DNA of 64,000 nt from Elephas maximus (lineage: Eukaryota): assembly GCF_024166365.1 (NCBI RefSeq), contig NC_064841.1, positions 46,247,680 through 46,311,679 of the forward strand. Direction: 5' to 3'. Below, in pieces: positions 21,101-32,889 of the stretch. Position 1 is the first letter of the stretch. Each line of letters starts with the position of its first letter. Position numbers and translations under genes: made by a program. Under the pieces are notes generated by a model. It was not told where the DNA came from and did not search any database. It saw only the letters and a list, made by a program, of their open reading frames with translations.

Positions 21101-23824
21101 TCTAATATCAGACAAAAACACAAGAGGAAATACTAACATAAATTTTAAACCAAAGAGAAAGAATCAGGCACTTCTCATGATTTTAACAACACGTCCTATA
21201 CAATTTATAACATGTTAAATAAACCTTTTTTAGCACTTTTTCTTTACAAAAATTGTCGAGGCTTTCAAACTTTGTCAGAAGTTTATCATAAGTTACCAAG
21301 AAACAATACTTTAGTTATTTAACACAAAGATCTTAAAATAAAAACTTTAGCTTTTTCCTTAAAGCCATGTGGCTTGGTTTTTGACTCAGGAATCTTATTC
21401 TAATGACAGACTGAACCTTTGTCTTTGAAGCAGATTCAATTTAACATCAATAATTACCTAAAAGATCTTATGAATTATTTTAAGGCTGTATACGTAAAAC
21501 ATAACTAATTAAAATTTCTTTAAATATTCTAAATTTTCACTTGACTTTTTCTCATATTTTTCAATCTAATTTTATCAACTGGCTTTGGAAATCACCAGAT
21601 TTCTGTTCAACTGACTAAACATTTCTCCAGGCCATTTCATTGTGATTTCTATTTGACCTTGGCATCTGAGGGCTGGGGGCTAAGGAGGCTTGATTTTGCC
21701 TGACTCTACCTATCTCTTAACTCAAGGTAGAAGACAAAATTAGCCCACTCTGATTCATTTGCATACAGAGACATTTTGAAAACCTATCTACCCAGTAAAT
21801 ACCAAAGTCCTTTAGCAATTTTGTAAATGAATCCAATTCTTAGCTAGGGAGACTGGAGACTGGACATTTTGAAAGGCAAAAGATAACAATTTCTCTTTTG
21901 CTGTTCTGGAACTGTTACTTTTCTTTTAAGACAAAATTATCTTCTTTCTCTAAACCATCTAGAGCAAAAGATGACCAATTGTTCAGTAAACAGCCCAATC
22001 AATAAATTCTCAGGAGTCTCCACAAGCCTGAATTCAACCTGAATTTCTCTTCACCAATTAGTTTCTATGCAACACACACATTACACATAAGACACAGGCA
22101 TAGGTGACTGAGATAATCTCACAGTCTCAATCTTCCCAGACAGCTCTGGTCACATATCAGACAAACAAACAGAGAGCACTCAAACCGGACAAGTTAGGAA
22201 GGGCTTAGTGAGGTCTAACACATTACTAGCAATATCTGAATCTCCACTTCGATCTTCTAGATACCTCTTATCTCCAATACCAAACAGAGGGGCTTCAATC
22301 CTCAATCTAAACAGAGACCTCTACTTCCATTCCTCAGAAGCAGGGTGCATCAACCAGAGACAGACAACATCCAGACACACAAAAACAATGGCCGCCACAC
22401 ACTCATATGCCTGCCAAAAAAGTCTAGAGTCACCAAGACCAAGAATAGTTTAAAAATGAAAGGAAAGAAGAAGAAAAAAAAAAGTCAGGGAAGTAGACTA
22501 TCGGAGTGCTCTCTGCAACCTCTCTCTAGGGGTATGCGACCCTCTCTGGAGCATTCTCCATGGCCTCCTCTTATCGGAGGCTCATGAACCTCTCAATTTA
22601 CTGAGTGCTCTCCGTGAACCTGTGATGGGGTTCGAGACCCGCTCAGTGGGAGCTCTCCACAGCTCTGTCCAAGGTCCGCTACCCACCCTTCAGATATGGG
22701 GTGATCAGCCCCTAACAAGGACTCACTCCTTGTCCCCAAACTTTCTTTTGTGAAAGCCAAATGACCGGAGTACTCTTGGCAAACCCCCCTTCATTGGGGC
22801 TTGTGACCCATTTGGTGGAGAGAAGAAGAGAGAGAGAAAAAAAGAAATGGAGACAAGGTAGGCAGAAAACAAAAAGAGGATAATAAAGGTTGTTGAAGGG
22901 GGAAGGAGAACTGAGTGGGAGAGTCACCCAAACTTACCATTCAAAGAGACACCAGACAAAAAGGTCCGGGCAGCCACTTGTCTCTGAGTAGAGGTCTGTT
23001 CCAGAGGCTCGATCTCTCTGGTCTGCATCCTCTAACCAGGGGCTAATTTGAGCCCCTAGTCTCCTGGCTGGCTCACCAAATTTTGTTACCAATTTCCAAT
23101 CTGACAGAAAGGTCTCTTGTCTTTTTCCAAGTAAGAATACACATGAAAGACAAACTTTATCTTCAGCAAGCTTTATTTTGCTTGAGTCAAGCAAAAGAAG
23201 TTAGCAGGGATCTAAGCCTCTCCAAAAGACTGACTCAAAAAGCGAAACAAGGCCAGGGCTTATATGGGTTTGGTGGAGGCAATAGAGTAATGAATATTTA
23301 GTGGGCTTCTTTCAAGCAACAGAAACCCTGGTGGCGTAGTGGTTAAGTGCTAAGGCTGCTCACCAAGAGGTCGGCAGTTCAAATCCACCAGGTGCTCCTT
23401 GGAAACTCTATGGAGCAGTTCTACTCTGTCCTATAGGGTCACTATGAGTCAGAATCGACTCTACAGCAGCGGGTTTTTGGGTTTTTTGTTTCAAGCAGCA
23501 CGTACTTCTCAGAATGGCAGCGCATGCTAATTAGGTTGCGTGCGCATCTGGAATCCAAGATGGAACCTGCTGATATTCAAGCTGGAGTCCTCTTGGCAGC
23601 CCTTGGCATCACTTATTATGGGATATAGTACAAGCACACTGACCTTTGACACTACATCACCATCTTCAGAGGGCTAAGGAAGGTTAAATAGCAGTCACAC
23701 TTTGTTCTGAGCATGCAGGAGCCTGTAAAGGGGGAAGGGACTAGAAAAACACTAAGAAGGAGGTAGTAGTTCACCGGTTGTTTCAGCCCTATCTCATGTT
23801 GACAGGGTGTGATTCCTTCTAGAT
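18191..23824. other. Non-satellite, AT-rich island between the two satellite A blocks; no recognisable gene
   Basis: Satellite periodicity stops at 18190 and restarts at 23825, out of monomer phase. Only short ORFs with no TE or protein hallmarks. Contains one AfroSINE (23323-23492). Confidence 0.5.
23323..23492 (+). mobile_element. AfroSINE (tRNA-derived SINE specific to Afrotheria)
   Basis: AAACCCTGGTGGCGTAGTGGTTAAGTGCTAAGGCTGCTCACCAAGAGGTCGGCAGTTCAAATCCACCAGGTGCTCCTTGGAAACTCTATGGAGCAGTTCTACTCTGTCCTATAGGGTCACTATGAGTCAGAATCGACTC: a tRNA-like head with A and B boxes, plus the diagnostic AfroSINE core. Confidence 0.85.
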
Positions 23825-26715
23825 GGGAATCTCTTAACAGCTCTTTTGTTCCACCAACACAGTTCACCCTATCTGTCTCAGTTTTGCTGAGGAAATCTTG
23901 TGTTTGCAAGAGCCAAAGCTACCAAATTCATTTCATGAAAGAGAAACCAAAATACATTTTCTCTCATTCTGCCTGATTGAGTCAGACGATTTGATGAAGT
24001 CAGAAAGCTTTCTCTCTTACTGAAAAACATGCACACTAATGTAGCCTCTGCATTCTCTTAGTTGGAAAAGAATATAAAGTTACACCCATTGAACTCAGGG
24101 CAGACACTTGGGCTTTATAGGATAGCAATATGCACTTTGTTTTACCTTGGAGTGATTGTGCTTTAGCAATCTCTTAACAATAACACTACGAAGTTATGCC
24201 TCTGCAAGTACAGGGGCCACCGCGATGTTCTTTTGCTGAGGAAACAAGAGCCAAAGTTAGTGAATTCATTGCATGAAAGAGAAACCAAAATACAAACTCT
24301 TTCATTCTGTCTGGATCAGTCAGAGGATTTGAGGAAGTCAAAGTCTTTTACTCTTACTGAAAAACATGGAAGCTCATGTTCCTTCTGCATTCTCTTAGTT
24401 ATAAAAGAAAGGAAAGTTACACCCATTGAACAACGTGCAGACACCTGGGCTTTATAGGATTTCAATACACACTCTGATTAATCTGGATGTGAATGTGCTT
24501 TAACAATCTCTTAACGATAATACTACGTAGATATTCCTCTGCAAGTACATGAACTACCGCAATGTAATTTTGCTGAGTAAACCTCCTGTTTGCAAGAGCC
24601 AAAGTTACCGAATTCATTCCATGAAAGAGAAACCAAAATACATTTTTTCTCATTCTGCCTGATTGAGTCAGAAGATTTGATGGTCAGAAAGATTTTATTC
24701 TTACTTAAAAACATGCAAGCTAATGTGGATTCTGAATTTTCATAGTTGGAAAACAATGTATATTTACACTCATTGAACTACGTGCAGACACTTGGGCTTT
24801 ATAGGATATCAATATGCACTTTGTTTTACCTGGGCATGAAATTGCTTTAACAATCTCTTGACAACAACACTACAAAGTTATGCCTCTGCAAGTACAGGGG
24901 CTACTGCGATGTACTTTTGCTGAGGAAACCTTGTGTTTGCAAGAGCCAAAGTTACTGAAGTTATTGCATGAAAGAGAAACCAAAATACAGTTACTCTCAG
25001 TCTGCCTGAATGAGTCAGAGGATTTGAAGAAGTCAGAAAGTTTTTTTCTTACTGAAAAAGTTGCAAGCTCATGTTCCCTCTGCATTCTATTAGTTGTGAA
25101 AGAATGGAAAGTTATACCCATTGAACAAAGTGCAGGCACTTGGGCTTTATCGGATTTCAGTGTGCACTTTGATTAACCTGGATGTGAATGTGCTTTAACA
25201 ATCTCTTTATGATAACACTACGTAGTTATACGTAGGTATTCCTTTGCAAGTACAAGGGCTACCGTGATGTAGTTTTGCTGAGGAAACCTTGTGTTTGCAA
25301 TTGCAAAAGTTACCGAATTCATTGCATGAAAGTGAAATCAAAATACATTTTCTCTCATTCTGCCTGATTGAGTCAGATGATTTGATGAAGTCAGAAAGTT
25401 TTTATTCTTACTTAAAAACATGCCAGCTAATGTAGACTCTGCGTTTTCTTATCTGGAAAAGAACTTAAATTTACACCCATTGAATTACATGCAGACACTT
25501 GGGCTTTATAGGATTTCAATATGTACTTTGTTTACCTGGGTGTGAATGTGCTTTAACAGCCTCTTAATGATACCACTATGTAGTTATTCCTCTGCAAGTA
25601 CAGGGGTTACTGCGGTGTAGTTTTGCTGCATAAACATCATGTTTTCCAGAGGCAAAGTTACTGAGTTCACTTATGAAAGAGAAACCAAAATAGTTTCTCT
25701 GGTTCTACTTAAGTCGAGGAGTTTAAGTCAGACAGATCTCTCTCTCTTATTGAAAAACATGCATGTTAATTTTGCCTCTGCCATCTCTTAGTTGGAAAAG
25801 AATGTAAAGTTACTCCTATTCAGATACGCAAATACACTTGGGTTATAGGTTTCCAATATGCACTTTGTCTTACCTGGGTAAGAACGTACTTTAACAGTCT
25901 CTTAACAAGAACACTGTTCAATTCATCCTATGGAGGAAGAGTGGCTATCGCTATATAGTTTTGCTGAGTAAACTTTGTCTTTGCAGAAGGCAAAGCTTCT
26001 GAATTCACTGCATGAAAGAGAAACCAGAATACAATTTCTCTCATTCTACTGGATAAAGTCAGAGTGTTTTCTCTCTTATTGAAAAACATGCAAGCTAATG
26101 TAGCCTCTGTGGTATCTTAGTCGGATAAGAATGTAAACTTACATCTGTTCATATATGTGCAGACACTTGGGTTTTATAGGTTTTCAAGGTGTACTTCCTT
26201 TTACTTCCTTTTACCCGGGTGTAAATGTATATTAACAGTCTCTTAAAGAGAACACTATGCAGTTTGTCCTGTGCAGAAACTATGGTTTAGCAATGCAGTT
26301 TTGCTAACTAAACCTTGTGTTTGCAAGAGCCAAAGTTACCGAATTCATTGCATGAAAGAGAAAACAAAATAGAGTTTATCTCATTCTACATGGTTATGTC
26401 ACAAGGTTTGATTAAGTCAGAAAGTTTTTACTCTTACTGAATATCGTGAAAGCTAAAGTTGCCTCTCCCTTCTCTTAGCTGGAAAAGAATGTCAAGTTAC
26501 TCCTACTCAAACATGTGCAGACACTTAGGTTTTATAGGTTCTCAATGCCGCTTTGTTTTACCCAGGTGGGAATGTTCTTTAACAATCTCTTAACGAGAAC
26601 ACTATGCAGTTTGTCCTGTGCAGGATCCATGGCTTAGGGATGTAGTTTTGCTGTGTAAACTTTGTGTTTGCAAGAGGCAAAGTTACTGAATTCATTGCAT
26701 GGAAGAGAAACCGAA
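23825..26715. repeat. Satellite A, S1-like ~345-bp units (~8.5 units), second block
   Basis: CATT(G/C)CATGAAAGAGAAACCAAAATACA...TTGGAAAAGAATGTAAAGTTAC(A/T)C...CAATCTCTTAAC periodic at ~345 bp, same orientation as the first block. The array is cut at 26715 by an L1. Confidence 0.85.
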
Positions 26716-28833
26716 GTTGGTTCTTTGAACAAATTAACAAAATTGATAAACCATTGGCCAAACTGACAAAAGAAAAACAGGAAATGGAGCAAATAACCAG
26801 AATAAGAAATGAGATGGGCAATATCACAACAGATCCAACTGAAATTAAAAGACTTAGAATACTACAAAAAATTGTACTCTAACAAATCAGAAAATCTAGA
26901 AGAAATGGATGAATGTCTAGAAACACACTACCGACCTAAACTGACACAAACAGAGGTAGAACAGCTAAATAAACCAATAACAAAAGAAGAGATTGAAAAG
27001 GTAATTTTAAAACTCCTAACAGAAAACAAGCCTTTGCCCAGATGGCTTCACCGCAGAGTTCTACCAAACTTTCGGAGAATCATTAACATCATTACTACTA
27101 AAGATATTTCAGAGCATAGAAAAGAAAGGAGATGGGCGATATCACAACAGACCCAGCTGAAATCAAAAGAATTATATCAGATTACTATGCAAAAACTCAA
27201 CAGCAAAAAGACAAATAACCCCATTAAAAAATGGGCAAAGGATATGAACAGGCACTTCACCAAAGAAGACATTCAGGAGGCTACAGATACATGAGAAAAT
27301 GCTCATTATCATTAGCCATTAGAGAAATGCAAATCAAAAATACAATGAGATACATTGCACCCCAGCACAGCTGGCATTAATTCAAAAAACACAAAATAAT
27401 AAATGTTGGAGATGATGTGGAGAGACTGGAACACTTATACACTGCTGGTGGGAATGTAAAATGGTACAACCACTTTGGAAATCAATTTGGCGCTTCCTTA
27501 AAAAGCTAGAAATAGAACTACCATACCATCCACCAATCCCACTCCTTGGAATATTTCCTAGAGAAATAAAAGCCCTCACTCAAACAGATATATGAGCACC
27601 CATGTTCATAGCAGCACTGTGTACAATATCAAAAAGATGGAAGGAACCAAGGTGCTCATCAATGGATGAATGGATAAATAAATTATGGTATAGTCACATA
27701 ATGGAATACTACACAACAATTAAGAACAACAAGAAATCTGTGAAACATCTCAAAACATGGAGGAATCTGAAAGGCATTATGCTGCATAAAATTAGTCAGT
27801 TGCAAAAGGACAAATACTGTATGAGACCACTATTATAAGACCTTAAGAAATAGTTTAAACACAGAAGAAAATATTCTTTGATGGTTAGAGGGTGGGGAGG
27901 GAGGGAGGGGGTAGTCACTAATTATATAGTAGACAAGAACTATTTTTAGTGAAGGGAAAGACAACACACAATACAGGAGAGGTCAGCAAAACTGGACTAA
28001 ATCAAAAGCAAAGAAGTTTCCTGAATACTACAAAACGCTTTGAAGGCCAGATGAGCAGGGACAAGGGTCTGGGGACCATGGTTTCAGGGGACAACTAGGT
28101 CAACTGACATAATAAAATGTAATTAAAAAACGTTCTGCATCCCCCTTTGGTGAGTGGCTTCTGGGGTATTAAACACTAGGAAGTGGCTATCTAAGAAGCA
28201 TCAATCATTCTCAACCCAGCTGGAGCAAAGGAGAATGAAGAACATGGAAGACACAAGACAAATATGAGCCCAAGAGAAAGAAAGAGTCACATAAAGCAGA
28301 GATTCCATCAGCCTGAGACCAGAAGAACTAGATGGTGCCCGACTACCACCAATGACTGCCCTAAACAGGAAAATCAACAGAGAATTCTTGATGGAGCAGA
28401 ATAGTGGGATGCAGACCTCAAATTTTCACAAAAACATCAGACTTAATGATCTGACTGAGACTGGAGGGACCCCAGAAGTGATGGCCCCTGGACCCTCTGT
28501 TAGCCCAAGACTGGAACAATTCCCGGAGCCAACTCTTCAGACAGGGATCAGGCTGGACTATAAGACAGAAAATGATGCTGGTGAGGAGTGAGCTTCTTGG
28601 TTCAAGTAGACACATGAGACTATGCGGGCAGCTCCTGTCTGGAGGCAAGAAAGAAGAGGTGGACAGGAGCTTGTTGAGTGGAAACGGGAAATACAGGGTG
28701 GAGAGGAGGTGTGTGCTGGGATATTAGTGGGAGAGCTCCCAGGGTACATAGCAAGGTGTGTATAAGTTTTCATATGAGAGACTGACTTGATTTGTAAACT
28801 TTCACTTAAAGCTCAATAATAAAAAAAAAAAAG
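26716..28833 (+). mobile_element. L1 3' fragment: ORF2 spacer region joined to the ORF2 C-terminus (RT core deleted), ~1-kb 3'UTR, poly(A) 28821-28833
   Basis: Translation reads [24 protein letters not shown]...[14 protein letters not shown]...LFQSIEK, then jumps to [21 protein letters not shown]...MRYHxxP...GNVKWYNHFGN...MEYYTTIKNNKKSVKHLKTWRNLKGIMLHKISQLQKDKYCM. The ~1-kb 3'UTR ends ...TGTAAACTTTCACTTAAAGCTCAATAAT(A)13. Confidence 0.8.
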
Positions 28834-29101
28834 ACATAAAATGATACTGCAGAGGAGTGAGCTTCTTAGCTCAAGTAGACATATGAGACTAAGTGGGCAG
28901 CTCTTGTCTGGAGGTGAGATGAGAATGCAGAGGGATACAGGAGCTGGTTGAATGGACATAGGGAATACAGGGTGGAGAGGAGAAATGTGCGGTCACATTA
29001 TAGGGAGAGCAACTAGAGTCGCTTTACAATGGGTGTTTAAGTTATTGTGTGAGAAACTGACGTGAATTGTAAACTTTCACTTAGAATGAAATAAAAAAAA
29101 A
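28834..29101 (+). mobile_element. Second copy of the last ~260 bp of the L1 3'UTR plus poly(A) (29093-29101): a severely 5'-truncated L1 inserted into the preceding poly(A), or a tail duplication
   Basis: 28834-29101 parallels 28564-28833 (GACA(G/T)AAAATGAT(G/A)CTG...GAGTGAGCTTCTT(G/A)G(T/C)TCAAGTAGACA(C/T)ATGAGACTA...GTAAACTTTCACTTA(A/G)A...(A)n). Confidence 0.55.
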
Positions 29102-30957
29102 GACAGGAGAGAAAGAAAAGACCTAAATGGGTATCAGAAGAGACTCTGAAACTTGTTCTTGAATGTCAAGTAGCTAAAGGAAAAAAGAAAAAATGATGAA
29201 GTAAAAAAGCTGAACAGAAGACTTCAAAGGGTGGCTGGAAAAGACAAAGTAAAGTATTATGATATGTGCAAAGAGCTGGAGATAGAAAACCAAAAGGGAA
29301 AAACATGCTCAGCATTTCTCAAGCTGAAAGAACTGAAGAAAAAATTCAAGCCTCGAGTTGCAATACTGAGGGGTTCCACGGGAGAAATATTAAATGACAA
29401 AGGAAAAATCAAAAGAAGATGGAATAAATACACAGAGTCACTGTACCAAAAAGAAGTGGTCGACCTTCAACCATTTCAGGAAGTAACATATGATTGGGAA
29501 CCAATGGTACTAAAGGAAGAAGTGCAAGCTGCACTGAAGGCATTGGATTAAAACAAGGCTCCAGGAATTGATGGAATACCAACTGAGATGTTTCAACAAA
29601 CAGCTACCTGGCCAAACGACAGGAAGAGATCCATATTTATGCCTATTCCCAGGAAAGGTGATCCCACTGAATGCAGAAATTATTGAACAATATCATTAAT
29701 ATCACATGCAAGCAAAATTTTGCTGAAGATCATTCAAAAGCAGCTACAGCAGTGCATCGATCGGCAACTACCAGAAATTCAAGCTGGATTTAGAAGAGGA
29801 CATCGAACCAGGGATATCATTGTTGATGTCAGATGGATCCTGGCTGAAAGCACAGAATACCAGAAAGATGTTTTCCTGTGTTTTATTGACTATGCTAAGA
29901 CATTCGACTGTGTGCCCCATAACAAATTATGGGTAACGTTGCGGAGAATGAGAATTCCAGAACACTTAACTGGGCTCATGAGGAATCTATACCTGGATCA
30001 AGAGGCAATCATTCATACAGAACAAGGGGATACTGCATAATTTAAAGTCAGGAAAGGTGTGCATCAGGGTTACATCTTTCACCATACCTATTCAATCTAT
30101 ATGCTGAGCATATAATCTGAGAACCTGGACTCAATGAAGAAGAACGGGAAATCAGGATTGGAGGAAGACTCATTAACAATCTGCATTATGCAGATGACAG
30201 AACCTTTGTTGCTGAAAGCGAAGACAATTTGAAGCACTTACTGATAAAGATCAAAGATCACAGCCTTCAGTATGGATGACACCTCAACATAAACAAAAAT
30301 CCTCACAGCAGTAACAATAAGCAATATTACGATAAATGGAGAAATTTAAAATTCTTGAAGTTGTCAAGAATTTCTTTTCACGTGGATCCACAATCAACAC
30401 CCACTGAAGAAGCATCAAGAAATAAAACAACACATTAAATTGGAAAATTCTGCTGCAAAAGACCTCTTTAAAGTGTTGAAAAGCAAAGATGTCTCTGAGA
30501 ACTAAGGTGCATCTGACTCAGGCCATGCTGTTTTCAATCTCCTTATGTGCATGCAAAAGCTGGATAGTGAATAAGGAAGACTGAATAAAAATCAACACCT
30601 TTGAATTGTGGTCTTGGTGAAGAATATTGAAGATATCATGGTATGCCAAATGAATGAACAAATCTGTCTTGGAATAATGCTCCTTAGAAGCAAGGATGGC
30701 AAAACTATGTCTCACATACTTTGGACATGTTATCAGGAGGGGCCAGTCCCTGGAGAAGGACGTCATGCTTGGTAAAGTAGAAGATCAGCGAAAAAGAGGA
30801 AGACCCTCAACGAGGTTGATTAACCCAGTAGCTGCAACAATGGGCTCAAGCGTAGCAACAATTGAGAGGACGGCACAGGGCTGGGCAGTGTTTCATTCTG
30901 TTGTGCCTAGAGTTGCTTACAGTCCAAACCAAGTCTACGACATCAAACAACAACTCC
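29102..30957 (+). mobile_element. RTE (BovB-like) LINE, 5'-truncated: RT domain and C-terminal domain, frameshifted
   Basis: ORFs 29231-29551 and 29720-30040 encode ...ALKALD*NKAPGIDGIPTEMFQ...ILLKIIQKQLQQCIDRQLPEIQAGFRRGHRTRD...FIDYAKTFDCVPHNKLW. ORF 30696-31022 encodes LTYFGHVIRRGQSLEKDVMLGKVEDQRKRGRPSTR...VAATMGSSVATIERTAQGWAVFHSVVPRVA, the RTE/BovB C-terminal signature. Confidence 0.8.
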
Positions 30958-32889
30958 AGTGCTCCCAGAATCATCCATGTTGTGAGATGCTTCGCAGACT
31001 CATCATTGTTCTTTATGGTTGAGTAGTACTCCATTGTGTGTATGTTCCACAGTTTGTTTATCCATTCATTTGTTCATGGGCATCTAGGAGGTTGCTATCT
31101 TTTGCTATTGTGAACAAGGCCGCAATGAACATGGGTGGCATATGTCTATTTGTGTGATGGCTCTTATTTCTCTAAGATACATTCCTAGGCTGAAGGATTC
31201 CTGGATCATACGATATTTCTATTTCTAGCTTTCTAAGAAAGCAACATACAGTTTTCCAAAATGGCTGTACCATTTTCCATTCCCACCAGCAGTGCTCAAG
31301 AGTTCCAGTCTCCCTGCAGCCTCTCCAACATTTGTATTTCCTGTTTTTTTGATTCGTGCCAGTAATGCTGGGGTGAGATGGTATCTCATTGTGGTTTTGA
31401 TTTGCATTTCTCTAATGGCTGGTGATCACAAGCATTTCCTCATGTGTCTGCTAGCCACTTGAATGTCTTCTTTGATGAAGCGTCTGTTCATTTCCTTTGC
31501 TCGTTCTTTAACTGGATTACTTGTCTTTTTCTTCTAGAGCTGTCAGATTTTCTTGTAGATTTTAGAGACTAGACCTTTGTTGAATTTCTAGTAGCCAAAA
31601 TTTTTTCTCAGTATGTAGGTTCTCTTTTTACTCTTTTGGTGAAGTCTTTTGATGAGCATAAGTGTTTAATTTTTAGAATATCCTAGTTATCTAGCTTATC
31701 TCCTGGAGTTTTTGTGTGGTTAGTTATGGTTTGTATCTTGTCAGTGCAGTGTATCAGGGCCTCTGGCTTTAATTCTAATTTTTCTTCTGTAATCATTAGA
31801 GTTTTTGGTTTTGTACTTAGGTCTTTGATCCAACTTGAATTAGTTTTTTTGTATGTTGTGAGGAATCGGTCCTGTTTTCATTTTTTTACAGATGAACGTG
31901 CAGTTTTGCCAAGCACCATTTGTTAAGAACACTGTCTTTTTCCCATGTGATGGATTTTGGCCCCTTGTGACGATCAGGTGACCAAAGGTGGATGGGTACA
32001 TCTGGGTTCTCAATTAGGTTCCATTGGTCAGTGTAACTGCCATTGTGCCAGTACCAGGATGTTTTGACTACTGCAGCTGTACAGCAGGTTCTGAGGTCAA
32101 GTAGTCTGAGTCCTCCTACATTATTCTTCTTCAAAAATGCTTTACTTATCCATGGCCTCTTTCCTTTCCATATAAGGTTAAAAATTGTTTTTTCCATCTC
32201 TTCAAAGACAGTTGTTGGTATTTTGATTGGGATTGCATTGTATTTGTAATTGCTTTGGGTAGAATTGTCATTTTTACAATGTTGAGTCTCCCTGTCCATG
32301 AGCATGGCATGTTTTTCAATTTACATAAATCTCTTTGGGTTTCTTGCAGTAGTGTTTTGTAGTTTTCTTTGTAAAGATCTTTTACATCCCTGGTTATATT
32401 TATTTCTAAGTATTTTATTTTGGGGGGGTATTATTTTTTTTATTATTATGGTATAATATGGTATTATTTTCTGATGTTCTCTTTGTAGTTCTCTGTATTG
32501 GTTTATAGGAATTCAACTGACTTTTGTATGTTTACCTTGTACTCTGCTACTCTGCTGAGTCTTTTTAATACCTCCAGTAAATTTCTAGTAGAGTCTTTTG
32601 GGTTTTTGTATGTGTAGTATCATATCATCTGCAAATAGGGACAGTTTTACTTCTTCAGTACCCGTTTGGATGCTCTTTATTTCTTTTTCTTGCCTTACTG
32701 CTCTAACCAGGACTTCCAGCACAATGTTAAATAGGAGTGGTGATAAAGGGCATCCTTGTCTTGTTCCTGTTCTCAAGGGGAATGTTTTCAGTCTCGCTCC
32801 ATTAAGAATGATGTTAGCCATTGTATAGACACCCTTTATTATGTTGAGGAATTTACTGGGATTTGGTTTGTTTGTTTTGGCTGTGAATC
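30958..32889 (-). mobile_element. Older L1, ORF2 fragment A (RT region to ORF2 end, no 3'UTR)
   Basis: Minus ORFs: 32585-32821 [37 protein letters not shown]...[11 protein letters not shown] (RT); 31886-32305; 31225-31407 [23 protein letters not shown]...[11 protein letters not shown]; 30846-31034 MEYYSTIKNNDESAKHLTTWM. Confidence 0.75.

Noticed and set aside
22500-23300. Possible LTR or retroviral fragment (GC-richer block with TG...CA-like ends and a nearby A-rich tract) in the non-satellite island
   Set aside because: I could not identify a primer-binding site, polypurine tract, matching second LTR, TSD or any gag/pol-like ORF. The evidence is too weak to call.
23323-23400. tRNA-like sequences (GGTGGCGTAGTGGTTAAG...GGTCGGCAGTTCAAATCCACC) at 23323, 50146 (rc), 54154 and 54333 as tRNA genes
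   Set aside because: Each is followed by the diagnostic ~80-bp AfroSINE core (CCTTGGAAACTCTATGGGGCAGTTCTACTCTGTCCTATAGGGTCGCTATGAGTC) and flanked by TSDs. They are SINEs derived from tRNA, not tRNA genes.
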